Source: Monocercomonoides exilis PA203 (taxonomy: Eukaryota > Protista > Preaxostyla). Taken from it: DNA of 64,000 bases. The stretch spans positions 682,001 through 746,000 of the forward strand of contig LSRY02000034.1 in the NCBI GenBank assembly GCA_001643675.2, in the 5' to 3' direction. This document shows positions 1 to 12,200 of the stretch, piece by piece. Every line of letters begins with the position of its first letter. Within the stretch, counting starts at the first letter, position 1. The translations under genes were made by a program, and so were the position numbers. Under the pieces are notes generated by a model that was not told the DNA's origin, ran no database searches, and worked only from the letters and a program-made list of their open reading frames with translations.

Positions 1-709
1 CAGCAAACACTCCTCTGTCCAGAGGTTGACACGAGTGTGTGCTGTGTAGCACGAAGGTTCTAACGTCGATTTGTTGTTTTTGGAATTCTCGCCAGATCGA
101 TGGATCCGCGCGAGATGCATGAGTATCAAGGAGGAGAAGAATGTGTTCGTTTTCAAGTGACATGCGCTTTCTTCTTTCGATGATTGAAGGGAGAAGAATG
201 GTGAGAGCATACCTTTTGAAGCACTTGTTGTCCGTCAAGCCGCTTCCTTTTCTCCATATTTCAAGCGTTTGAGATAACAGGCTTTTCAATTCGTTTTGCA
301 GGTTTGCACTTGGCCATAGAATAACAGAAGGAAAGGAAAATCCATCCGCTACAACAGCTGCCACGAATGTTGAATACATCATTCTTGGTGATTTCTTCGA
401 AAAACCTGCTTTCGTATCTGTAGTACGCACAACAAGCTGTTTTGAGTCTGTGGGAACCCGCGTTGAAGATTCGTCGATGTTTATATTTAAAGCTGAATTG
501 TAATGGTATTTTTCATGCAGCTCGTCGAGTGTTTTGTTCCAGGGTTTTAAAACACTTCTGCACGAAACATCCAGTCTGTTAATGTCCAGATTCTTCGGCG
601 TTCCAGTCTTCAGCTCCGTGTGATGCTTGACAAGGCCATGAACCGCAGACATTGAAACTTCAGTGAATGGTGTGTCTTCTTCATTGTTGTAATTTAAAAC
701 ATTTTCCAT
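1..709 (-). mobile_element. pogo/Fot1-like (Tc1/mariner superfamily, DDE_1 type) transposase, partial; runs off the window edge
   Basis: Manual translation from 709 downward is open to position 1 (absent from the ORF track because it has no stop): ...LNINIDESS...HILLLLDTHASR...RTFVLHSTHSCQPLDRGVFA. These match the N.DE / L.LD.H.S / H..QPLD.GVF motifs, and 35 residues separate the second and third Asp (DD35D). A plausible GT-AG intron (710-756) lies immediately upstream. Confidence 0.85.
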
Positions 710-802
710 CTGAAAAACAAACTAAATAAAAACATGCAAATTAAAATTTAACAAACCAATTCTCTTGTTTTTAATTAATTAATTAATTTATTAATTAATT
801 TA

Positions 803-1006
803 TTTTATTTTTTATTTTTTATTTTTTATTTTTTATTTTTTATTTTTTATTTTTTATTTTTTATTTTTTATTTTTTATTTTTTATTTTTTATTTTTTATT
901 TTTTATTTTTTATTTTTTATTTTTTATTTTTTATTTTTTATTTTTTATTTTTTATTTTTTATTTTTTATTTTTTATTTTTTATTTTTTATTTTTTTTTTT
1001 TTTTTT
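803..1006. repeat. (TTTTTTA)n heptamer tandem repeat ending in poly-T
   Basis: Directly visible near-perfect 7-bp periodicity over about 190 bp, preceded by TTAA-like repeats. Confidence 0.95.
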
Positions 1007-1744
1007 TGTTTTGATTTTTATATAAATTGAATCAATTTGAAGAAGACATGATGAAAAATTCTTGCATTTATGAAAAAAACAATAATTTGCTCCAAACTTT
1101 TTCTCCAACCTTATCATTAAAAGTCTTTCATTCCCATGTCAATAAAATACAGAAAAATACCAAAATTGAGAAAAATATTAGTTTGAGAAGAATTGAACAA
1201 AATTCATAAAGCAAAATATTTTGTCCCAAATTTTGAATTACGAATATGTATTTTTTGCACCTCTTTTGATAACTTTTAATTTTATTTCTGGTTCAATCAT
1301 TTCTTCTTTGACTCATTTTTAGAGAATTATTTGTTTGAAACAATAAACTGGCATTCACATATTTTCCAATTTATTCAAAAAAAAAAAAAAAAATCGTTCA
1401 AGAAAACAAAACAATGGAAATTTCACACTTCATATATGTTTCTATGCGACATATAATTAAAGACAATCAAAGTGAAAAAAAAATACAACCCATAACTCGA
1501 ATATGAACTTCATTTCAAAATGTTATGGGCGTTAACTTTTTTTAAATATGCATCAATCTCAAAAAAATGAAATATTGCCTTTCGTTTGTGCTTTCAATGA
1601 ATGCTACGATCATTCTAAAAAAGTATTATATAGTGATTGATTTTGCTAATTTCGAATTGTGAACTTCCATCCTTTGATTTTTTTGATATTAATGAATAGA
1701 ACGAACGGATTTATCGTTGTGTGGATAAAATAACAAAAGCGAGA

Positions 1745-4147
1745 ATGATATTGAACGTTGCTTTTCTTTCAACTGTTTTATTGATGCGTTCATTTGAGTC
1801 AAGTGATGTGCCAATTAGCGAAGTGTTTGTCAAACAAAGTGGAGATGAAAAAAACAGCGGTTTATCAATTGGTCAGGAAAAGAGTTCATTGAATAGCGCA
1901 TATGATAAACTTGGAGACTCTGAGGCATGCATAATAAGAATTATTAAGGATACAACTGCTCTTGATGCTGAAGTGATCACATTGAATAAGAAACATGGAA
2001 TTACACTGGAAGGAATGAGTTCAAATGGAAAAGAAAATTCAATCGTGACAATTAATTGTAACATTCATCCAGGAAGTAACATTTTCATATGCAGAGATAA
2101 TGTGGAACTGAATTATTTGGCATTTTACTTTCCTTCAACATTATTCAAAGAAAATGAGCCAATAGACGAAGTTTTCTCCTTAATTTATGGACAATGTTCG
2201 TCAATGGTAATTCGGAACTGCAAATTTTTAAGACCTTCAAGTTGTGAAAGCCAATTGGAATTTTTTCTTGTGTATATGCTCGGAGATAGTTTGAAAATGG
2301 ACTCTGTGGAGTGCATAGATGAAAAGAATTTCATTAAATTCAAAGAAAGTCCTTTTGATATTACAGCAAAAAAAGTTGAGCTTGCTAATGTGACGTTAAA
2401 GAAGATTGAGACACATGATGATTACTCATCTCTCTGCATCACTGGATACGAAAGTTTTGCAATTGATGTTATGTTAAATGGAAGCACTTTTGCAGAATGC
2501 ATCGAAAGCAGTGCTGGAGCCCTGTATATTGAAAGCGAAAATATTGAAAGCACGTTTGCTGTTGGAGATAGTGGAGTGACAACTTTTTCATCTTGCGTTT
2601 GCAGTTACGGGTTGAAATATTGTGCTGGAGGGCTATATCTATGTATGTTAGATATTATATCAGAAGATAAACTGAAATGGCCAACAAATGGAAAGAATCT
2701 TGTATTTGATAATTGCTCTATAGGCAAAGAAGGAACAAAGAAAAATATTGGATTATATTTGGAACTGAGTGATACCTCTTTATTTGAAGCTATTGCCGCA
2801 AAAATGAAAGCAAGTTTTGCTTCTGAATATACAAGAGAGAATAATCTTTGGTTCGTTGTGGGATTAGATGAAAAGAATGATATGGAAATCGACTTCACAT
2901 TCGAATTTTTCGATCCTCCTCCTCCAAAGCCGTCAAAAATGGCAAAGGCTTTTGTGAAATATGGAGGCGAAGGAGACGGAATGAGTGCCGATACACCAAT
3001 ATACAGTTTGAAGCTTGCATATGATTATTTGGACAAAAGTGGAAAGTGCAGTATCGAAATTATCAAAACAGAAATCCCAATTGAAACTGAAGAAATCACA
3101 TTTAGCATTTCCAGTGGAATAACGATTGAAGGAACGAACAGTGATGGAAGTGAAAATGCTGAAGCCGAAATTCTATTTGATGATCGCTTTGCATATTACT
3201 TACTGACTTGTGAAAAGATTATCGAATTTTTCAAATTGGAGTTTAAATTTATTATGGCAAATTTATCGATGCACTCATTCATATTAGCAACCGAAAATTC
3301 AGAATCCTTTTCAATGACAAATTGCAGATTTGTCAGAGCAATTCATCAATCTCTCACACAACTTTCCTCAAGTTCAAATGATGAAGATCCTATATCGCAT
3401 CATCTTGTAAGTGCATACGCTGGAAAGGTTATTTTAAATTCTTTGTCATTTGTAGATGATCACAATACGGTTCTATTTTTGTATTCACCTTTTTATTTCT
3501 ATGCAGCAAGTGAAGTTTCACTGAATGGAATAGATGTGAATAAAGTTAATGTGAAGCAAGGTTCAGCGATAAAGATTGAAGATGGTGAAAAAACACAATC
3601 CAAAATAATTGTTGAGGGACTGAATGTGAATGAAGTCAAATCACAGAATGGAGAAAGTGCAGGACTGGATATCTCTCTCAATTCAGAAGCATCAACTGTG
3701 GAAATAGGTAGAACAAGAAAATGCACATTCAGATCCTGTTCATCATCAGATGGGTATGCTGGGGCGATATTCGTTGGAATGCCAAAGGCAGTCTCGAATC
3801 TTCAACTTCCAGCAGCAAACAATCTGGATATCGATGGCTCAAACACAGTTGGATCAAATTCGATTTCACTATGCTTAATTTCACCAGACATTGAGGAATT
3901 TTGCCAACAGGAAAATGCATTTGAGTTTGCTAACGATTACAGTGAATCAGCTGTTGGATGGATCGTTGGCGCAAAAGATTATATTGATGATCCCGTGAAT
4001 GTTTTTGATATTCGTGACAGAGCGGAAAAGGCTCAGCTCAAAAAGAAAACAACAGTTATTGTAATTGCAATTGTTGTTCCAGTTTGTGTTGTTTTTGCCA
4101 TCATTATTGTTGTTTTTATTGTTTTGAAGAAAAAAGGAATTTGTTAA
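1745..4147 (+). CDS. Single-pass type I membrane/surface protein with two internal repeat modules (putative beta-helix ectodomain)
   Basis: Intronless ORF with first ATG at 1745 and an N-terminal hydrophobic signal-like segment. C-terminal TM (VIVIAIVVPVCVVFAIIIVVFIVL) is followed by KKKGIC. Duplicated module: EVFVKQSG..SLNSAYDKL..ITLEG versus KAFVKYGG..SLKLAYDYL..ITIEG, and AGGLYL versus AGAIFV. Confidence 0.8.
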   Translation: MILNVAFLSTVLLMRSFESSDVPISEVFVKQSGDEKNSGLSIGQEKSSLNSAYDKLGDSEACIIRIIKDTTALDAEVITLNKKHGITLEGMSSNGKENSIVTINCNIHPGSNIFICRDNVELNYLAFYFPSTLFKENEPIDEVFSLIYGQCSSMVIRNCKFLRPSSCESQLEFFLVYMLGDSLKMDSVECIDEKNFIKFKESPFDITAKKVELANVTLKKIETHDDYSSLCITGYESFAIDVMLNGSTFAECIESSAGALYIESENIESTFAVGDSGVTTFSSCVCSYGLKYCAGGLYLCMLDIISEDKLKWPTNGKNLVFDNCSIGKEGTKKNIGLYLELSDTSLFEAIAAKMKASFASEYTRENNLWFVVGLDEKNDMEIDFTFEFFDPPPPKPSKMAKAFVKYGGEGDGMSADTPIYSLKLAYDYLDKSGKCSIEIIKTEIPIETEEITFSISSGITIEGTNSDGSENAEAEILFDDRFAYYLLTCEKIIEFFKLEFKFIMANLSMHSFILATENSESFSMTNCRFVRAIHQSLTQLSSSSNDEDPISHHLVSAYAGKVILNSLSFVDDHNTVLFLYSPFYFYAASEVSLNGIDVNKVNVKQGSAIKIEDGEKTQSKIIVEGLNVNEVKSQNGESAGLDISLNSEASTVEIGRTRKCTFRSCSSSDGYAGAIFVGMPKAVSNLQLPAANNLDIDGSNTVGSNSISLCLISPDIEEFCQQENAFEFANDYSESAVGWIVGAKDYIDDPVNVFDIRDRAEKAQLKKKTTVIVIAIVVPVCVVFAIIIVVFIVLKKKGIC

Positions 4148-5152
4148 AAATTGTGAGAAAGTTGAAACGAAAACATATTAACAATTGCAAACTAATTCAA
4201 TGCAAACACGATTGTTGATTGCATCACATTGATTGAATAATATTTGTTCTTTCTTGATTATTCGCTTTTTCATTTGTTTTGTCTATTCTTTAATTCAACT
4301 TTCAAGTTCTTTTTTTCTTGGAATGACAATTATCGATGAACTATTCATTTTTTTTCAATTTTTTATGCAAATATCTGAGAAGTATTTTTTTTTACCATTG
4401 GGTAATAATTCGTGCTTAATTGTTTCTTTCACAACAATTAATTGAAAAACCAATGTTTGAGTTGATATTGATAAAATTATCTCTTCGCATATGGCAAGAA
4501 ATTTTTTTCTGTCTGAATTTTGTTCCACGCAATTCTTCAAAGATTTTTATCGACTTTTCAATATTTCTTTTTTTTATTTTGCACAATAACGTCAGAATTG
4601 TTATTATTCGATTGCAGAAACAGTTTGGAACAAATTGTTGAAATTTTCATAAATTCGATAATTTTGTCCAGTATCATTAAATATTCTTGTTTGTTCCTCA
4701 GGAAGCTTTTTTTTACACATTAAAAAAATCGGAATTTTTCGCTATTGGATGATGAAACGAAAAAAAATCACACGATTTTTATTATGTTGAAAATATCCCA
4801 TTTCAAAATAAAAATTTAACAAATACATCGAAATTTTGTCATAATTTTTCTTTTGTTCTCATGCACAGAATTTCAAACAAAATAAATAACAAAAAAAAAA
4901 AAAAAAAAAAAAAAAGAAAGAAATAAAAAGAATGATGAAACAAAATATATAACTGCCATATCCAATAGGTGATTATTATTTTTAAAGATTAAGCACACAA
5001 TTGAAAAAAGAAGATATCAATTTAAATCACTTTTGAAAACTTTTATTATAATTATGAAATTTTAACCATACAAAGCCAACAAAAAAACCAAAAGTACCAG
5101 AAATGTTTAGAAGTGTGTGAAGTGTTGAAAAAACTATAAATTTCATTGCTCA

Positions 5153-8100
5153 TCATAATTTTGGAATCGGTGAAGGAAGTGGAATTGAACCACTTGAAAC
5201 CTCGCTAATTGTTCGAGGAAGTAAAATGGTCATTTGCCTACACATTGCAATCTATTTCGAATATTAATCAGTTGAAAAAAATTATTAGAAATAAATATTC
5301 AAAATTTTTAACAAAAAAAAATGTTTTCAATAAATTGCACACTTCCTCTTCAAATCCATAATCCACACGGTAATGCTCATAGAATCCAACGATAAACGAA
5401 TATTCATCAAGAGCACGCTTCAAGTTGGCAGTATACACTTCTTCGTCGATTATGACAAAACGAGTGAAAAGTCGGGCAATGGCAAAATGCGACGACAAAT
5501 ATGCTGGGAGCACATCAGTTGGCACCGTAGGGAAGTAAGAAGGGAGTGCATCTATCTCCAATGAAGGAAGAGCAGAGGAGGATTCAGTAGAAGATGGAGA
5601 AGAAGTGGCTTTCTCTTCGGGAGCACTTTCATCCTGCTGTGCGTAGAACCCGTTGTAGTCTGTTTCTGGTTGGTCAAATGGAGCAAGCACAATTCGATGG
5701 AAGAAAATTGCCTTTTTCACATACTCATTCACCTGCGAAAGGAGAAAGATCAGCAATTCATCAAACTTTAATGTGTTGATTTTCTCCTTGCCTTCATCGC
5801 TTCTGCCCACATCAGTTTTTTCTCCCTCTTTCTCCTTTGCATTCTCTTTTTCTTTCTCCTTCATTATCTTCAAAGCTTCGAGCTGCACTTGCTGTGTCTT
5901 CAGCTGCGCCATCTGGTCCATGGCAGTCGCTGCCTCCATCGCAATATCTCTCAGCAGCCAGCTATAACTCGATGGATTGAGCTGCGAAATCAAAGGCTCC
6001 AAGGCCATCACACGGCGCATGTGCAATTTCAGCTGCGTCTGGACGTTGTGCAGGTCGTCTTCTGCCACTTTGATGAGAGCTGCAATCGAAGATGACAAAA
6101 GAAAGAATGAAAAGAAAAGAAAGAGAAAAAAAGAAAGAAAAAGCAGAATAAGAATAAGAAGAATAAGAATAAGAAGAAAATCAAGAAATAAGCAAAAGAT
6201 TTTAAATTTAAACAATAAAAAAGTTATTATTGAAATTATCGCTTTTATTTGCAAACCTTTGCTATTAAAGCTTAATATGCTCATTGGATGAGTTTTATCA
6301 GACAAATAGTTCTTTTCTGCTAAATTAGAAGCATTGCTATGTTCCTTGGAGCCTCCAAGATTTTCTCCAACTCTTTCATTTTCTTCTGCATCAGCATCGT
6401 TCTCAGTCGCCTCCATCGCATTGGCCTCTTCTCTTTCCAGCTCCTTCTCGCTCTCGTCTTTGAGCAGATTCTGCGCCTGAACCGGATACCATGCAGTCAT
6501 CGTCTGGAACAAGCTCGAAATATCCATCTTAATTGCCACATGATCTGACACATATCCGTCCAACACATAAAACAGCGCTGCTTTGTTCAACGATGCGAGG
6601 CACTCTCTAAACAGCGGTGCAACTTCATCGAGCGTGTTGGAGAACGAAGGAAATGGAACCAAGCCTGGGTTGATTGAAGTGCGGCTGGCGAGCGAAGATC
6701 TGGGAGAAGACAAAAAGGCGGTGTCTGAAAGAGGAGAGTGCTGTGACTGTGAATTGAGTGTGTTGTCGGTGAGTGTGGAGGGTGTTGAGAAAGAAGCAGA
6801 CGAAGAAGAAGCTGAAGAAGAGTTGCAAGGAGATGTAAAAGAAGATGATGGTGTACGAGATGGAGGCTGGGGAGTCGAGATTGAGAAGGAGCATGTCGAA
6901 GGGTGGTATCTTACAGGAGACTTTGGAGCATCAGACAAAGGAGATCGCATCTGCTTCATAACAGTCAGCTCTTCTTCGTCTTCTTTCTTTCGTCTTTGAA
7001 GTCGCTCGTTCTCTTCTCTTTCTCTCACTTTCATTTGCGCTTCAACATCCATCTCTTCTTCAGTTATAACGCGCGGAAGCTTCACTTTTCTTCTGCTTGA
7101 CCTTTTCGCCCGTTCCACAAAGCTGCTGTCATTTCTCTGAGAAAACGTAAGCTCGTCTTCCATTTCTTCCTCTGTCTCCAGCAGCACAGGGAGATGTGCA
7201 GGCATTTGCAAGGTTTCTCCCTCGCTGCTGATCGACTCTGGCTGAATGGCCATCGCAAGCGAATAGCGCCTCTCAGACGCAGGCGTTGCGAAGTGAGACC
7301 TGCGCACAGAATAAGGCGTGGTTGCGTTTGACGAGCCGAAAGAGGATGTTGTTGGAGTGTTTGAAGGAGATGATTCAGATGACTGGTGGCGATTCTCCTG
7401 TTTTGGCGTTGAGAATGAATCCTGCTTCAATGAAGATGCTGCTGATGCTTGTGGAGATGCTGTTGGTGCTGAAGGGGAAATTGCAATGTGCGTGTGCGTG
7501 GGAGTCATTTTCAAAATTGTTTTTGCCGAATCTGTTTTCTCCTCTTTTGTTGTTTGATTGGATGTTTCTGAATCCATTTTATTAGATTCATCTCCAATCA
7601 CCTCGTCAGCTTCCATTCTATTCTTGTTTTCATCATTTGCTGTTGCTTCTTCTTCTTCTATTTCTTCTTTCTGTTCAACATCTTCGTCAACCTCAGCATC
7701 TGCTTCTTCGTCTTCATCATCCTCATCCTCTCCATCGCCTCCTTCATCTTCATTTTTCAGCTTTGCAAGCGCCTTCAGCTGTGTCAGAAGCACTTTTCCC
7801 TTTGTCAAGTCAACCATTGCATACAACCTCTCCATTTCCTCATCATTTGTCACGCCTTTTTCTTCGTTTGCTTCGTTTTCTTGTTCCTCTTTCTCTTCTT
7901 CCGTTCTTTCCGCTTTTTTTCCATTAGCATCTCCACTGTCAATCTCTTCTGAACTATCTTTCGAATTTTCACTTTTCGCTTTTGCTTCTTCTTTCACCTC
8001 ATTCAACAGATGCAATGCTTCTCCGAGACAGCATTTCGCTTTTTCATAGTCTTCCATTTCAATGTATTGTGTGGCCAAAGAGCAGCAATCCATGATCCAG

Positions 8101-8933
8101 TTCGAAAGAGAATAATCTCCAAATTGGAGTTGCCTTCCGAGAGTAACCTCAAAATACTTAGCACTCTGTTCTTTATCTCCTAATTGCCCATAGACTTGTC
8201 CGATGTAAAAAAGGGTCAATGTGTGCATATTCTCAATTTTTTGATCAAGAACAAAAGTGACATCTTGTTGCAATTGCTCATTATTTTCATCTGAAGAAGG
8301 CGTTTTTTCAGAATTTTCCTTCGCAAATTGCTCCTTTTGAACATTTTGCTTTTCAATCGAATATGCTTCTTCAGCTCTTCTGAAAAAAGTCATTGCATCT
8401 TCCCATTCATCTCGATTAGCCCAAATAATTCCAAGTTGATTAAATGCATCAAGAAGAGCAACTGCATTTTCATCTGATCTGAAAAACAAATAAAACATAA
8501 TATTATTGTTGAATAAGTGTTAAATAAAGTGAAAAGCAAATTCAAACTTTGTTTCAAGAACTGGGATTGAAGCAGATAAAAACTCTTCACCAGAAACAAC
8601 ATCATCACATTCAATTTTTGTGACTCCTATTAAATAACCCATGTGCGCTAATTCCATTTGTGCCTCTTCAATCACAGTTTGATCTTTTGATGATTGAATG
8701 AGTTTTGAAAGATGCGAATGAAGACGTTCCAACAGTTTATAAGCAGAAATTCTTGACAAAAAAGGAGTTTCTTCAGGGTCATTCACTTTAAGAAGGGATT
8801 GAAACTCACTTGTTACACGTGGAATATCGACAGATAAAATAGTTGAAATATTATCTGAAAATGATGTGATATCGTTTGAATCTTTGTTAATGTTTTGATT
8901 TTCCTCCGCTATCATATTAGATTTTTCTTCCAT
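5153..8933 (-). CDS. KIFBP: KIF-binding protein (KBP/KIF1BP) homologue, spliced, with long acidic/Ser-rich insertions
   Basis: Motifs NQLGIIWANR, HTLTLFYIGQVYG..SAKYF..TL.RQL, FYVLDGYVSDHV, KLHMRRV..LEPL..LNP..Y and terminal EEEIAMCRQMTILLP match the KBP family. Introns inferred from GT-AG sites and phase: 8479-8547, 6080-6256 and 5252-5342. The last exon is 5153-5251 and ends in TGA. Confidence 0.85.
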
Positions 8934-9228
8934 ATAATTGAAATTGAGCTAAATTTCACGGTTTAACACAAAATTTATTCAAATCTATTATGATCATGTA
9001 GCATAATTAATTTCATTTATCAAAATATCAACATAATCATTAATACTCAAAATGCAAAAACAATTGCGTTCAAATTAACGAAATCGTCTGAAAATTATCA
9101 TTTCTTGATCAAAATTACTTTAATAATAGTCTGTGAATATTTCTGTTCGCTGTATTGTTCTCCAGAGCGCTCGTTGTTTAATAACACAAGAGAAATTGCA
9201 AAAAATATTTACAAAAAATTGAATTAAT
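8934..9228. promoter_or_regulatory. Putative bidirectional promoter region between KBP and the SF3B3-like gene
   Basis: Only 295 bp separate the divergent ATGs at 8933 (-) and 9229 (+). No specific motif was identified. Confidence 0.45.
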
Positions 9229-12200
9229 ATGAATCTTTTGCACGTCCCGCTGTTTAATCCAACAGCGATTACTCATATTATATCTGGGAGTTTTTCGTCT
9301 CCAAATGCTTTGGAACTGGTTGTATGCAAAAGTAGAGTGATTGACCTTGTTAGAGTGACAAATCAAAATAACTTTTCAGTGCTATGTACTTCTCCATTAT
9401 TTTGTCATGTTCGAAGTTTATCAAAAGTGTTTTTTCCAAGTATGATCTTTTTGTTGCTCGCATTTCATCTTTTTTTTATCTTTGTGTTTTTATTTTTCAA
9501 CAGAGAGCAAGCGTGATTATATTTTGATTGGAACTGATTCAGCATCAATCACCCTTGTGGAATTCAATCCTTTCACAAAAAAATTTCATTTGTTGACATG
9601 TTTCACATTTGCTGTTCCCCTTACAATTCCCTTTACCAATCTCCCGAAATATCATATAGATAACGCACCAACTGAATATATAACAACAGATCCTCAGAAT
9701 TGTGCAATTGTTGCATCAGGAAAAACAAACGAAGGAACTGCATTTATATTGCCTCGTCCAGTTGAAGATCGCAATATATCTTATCTTCCTGCATTCACTT
9801 ATCCATTGGTTGTGGATTTACCCAAAAATGAGAAGAAGTCGACAATTCTTTCGATTGTCACAATGAATATACCTCCAATAGGCACGATTTTGATAAGGCT
9901 TGAGCACTTAGAGAGGAATACAAGTTCGGTCACTAAAAGAACCAAACGTCTTTCGTTCTATCGGCTTCCTTCACCCGTTCTCGCAACCAACCATCGACTT
10001 GCAACACCACCAATTATCCCAATAACAATGAACGATACGTATTTATTTAGCATTGAAGCACCTTCTTCATCGATATCTCTGTTTGTCCCTCAATGTTCAA
10101 CCAAAAAAATGCAGGCACAGTCAAAAATTGAAGGCGTTTTTCTATTTGGAGAAGGATTCATATCATATTTTTCAGTGTCATGTGTGAATGGCATGCTGAA
10201 AGAAGCTGCTTCAAGAAAAATGAAAGGAATGCTTCGAACTGGACAAAATATTGAAATGCCTGCAGCTTCAGTTCAGACGCTGTTTCTTCCAGTTTCTATG
10301 AATTCAATCAACTCGCCAAGAAAGCATTATAGCTCAGCTGAATATAAAAGCGACATTTCTTCTGTTGATTCAGCACTTTCACATTCTTCTCCTTCTCATT
10401 CTTCTTCTTCTTCTTCTTCTCTTTCAGCTGCCTCACCAAGCACTTATTCCTCGTCTTCCCCTCCATCCCTGCAATCACCTCATCCAAATATTTCTTCTTC
10501 TTCAACATTCTCCTCCTCCTCCTCCTTTTCTTCTTCTTTTTCTTTTCCCTCTCAAACTTCCTTTCTCTGCTCTGTCGACCCGCCCCGTGTCGTTTCTGCT
10601 TTTTATTTGCATTTCAGCCAGCTTCTTTTGACTGACTCACCCACGCTGGCTGTTGAAGGCAGCGATTTGCTTGAAATCCTCTTCGTTCTGACAGACTGCG
10701 GCGACATCTTCGAAGTACTTTGGAAGGAAGAAAAAGAAGAAATTGAGCCGATTTCATTGGCAGAGGCAGAAGTTTTGTGTTCGGGTGTGAATTATGAGGC
10801 GAACGTGATGCTGGACGATCTGCCGGAAAAGAAGGAATTCAATTTTGACATTGGCGATGAGGATAACGCAGCTGCTTTGGGGGAAAGCGGAAGCGGAAAC
10901 GGAAAAGGAAGCTTATATCCAAATGCTTCGTTATTGTCTTCTTCTTCTTCTTCTTCTTCATCTTCTTCTGTTAATGCTCAAGAACCATCTTCATCTCTCA
11001 TTCCATCTTCGCTGATTCAATTGGAGCCTCTTTCGTCCACAACACAAATGCTTTCAAATTCTTCTTCTTCTTCTTCTTCTTCTTCTTCTTCTTCTTCTTC
11101 TTCTTCTTCCTCCTCCTCTTCTTCTTCTATCTCCTCCCGCACCATCACTTCATTCGCCCTTCTCTATGCCACCTCCATTCCACTCCAGACGTCTTCCTCT
11201 GTTTCCTCCGTCGCTGCCTCCGCAGCCATCAGCCGGTTCATGTTCATTGCGCCTGTCTCAGGCAACCACATCGTCCTGCGTGTGGAGCAGAGCAAAAACG
11301 AAAAATTGGATTTGAATGGCATTTTCTGTGATGATGGAAACTGTACTGTTGTTTCTAAGCAGATGCGCTTGGGAGAAATTGAAGCAAATATGGAGAAAGC
11401 ATTTCATTGTGATTCTTCTTCTTACTCCTCCTCTTATTCTAATCCTTATTCCTCTGATTCATTTCCCCTCAAAAAGTATCAGTTCATCCCAGTTTCTGTG
11501 GTTGCTTCGCAGTATCAGCTTGTCGTCCACCGCACCTTTCCAAACCTGGCTCCACTGACGCAGCTGCTTCCATTCACAAACACATTCAACTCTCTTTCCT
11601 TCTGCGCACTTGCTGGGCTTAACGGATTATCACACAAACGAGGACTGCCTTTCACCTCACAGTCATCATTGTTATCTCTTTCTCCTTCTATTTCTTCTTC
11701 TTCCTTTTCTTCCTTTTCTTCCTCTTCTCTCCCCTCTCTCAACTCCGAGCTCCGCTTCCACCTCTCCCCCGCCATCTCCTTCCTCTCACAGACCGTCCAG
11801 CCAGTTTCTCTTGTTGCCTCTCCGCTGCGTGTGGCAGAAACACCCAATGGAATGTGGCTCCTTCACAGGACTGTCTGTGTGAATGGGCAAAACAGAGTGG
11901 TAACAGGAAAGAGGGCGATGCAGACCATCTGGAGGGAGAAGAAGCGCAGGGCGCTGCTGCTGATGGGGTTGAGGATGATGAAGAAGAAGAGAGAAAGAGA
12001 AGGAAGAGAAGGAGAAAGTGTTGAAAATGGAGGAAACGAAGCGAATAGAAAAGAACAAGATAATTCCAATTTTAGTGAAAATAAGGCTGACCAGCTGAAA
12101 GTGATGCTCAAATGGTATTTAATCATTTCGTTCCCATCGCGTGTGATGTGCTACACTTCTTTCACTTCTCTTCCCCCTCTTTTCTCCTCTTCCTTCTTTA

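Noticed and set aside
5733-5766. Possible 34-bp intron (gtttga...tcgcag) in KBP
   Set aside because: Removing it would shift the frame. The frame is open without splicing, so the site is left unresolved.
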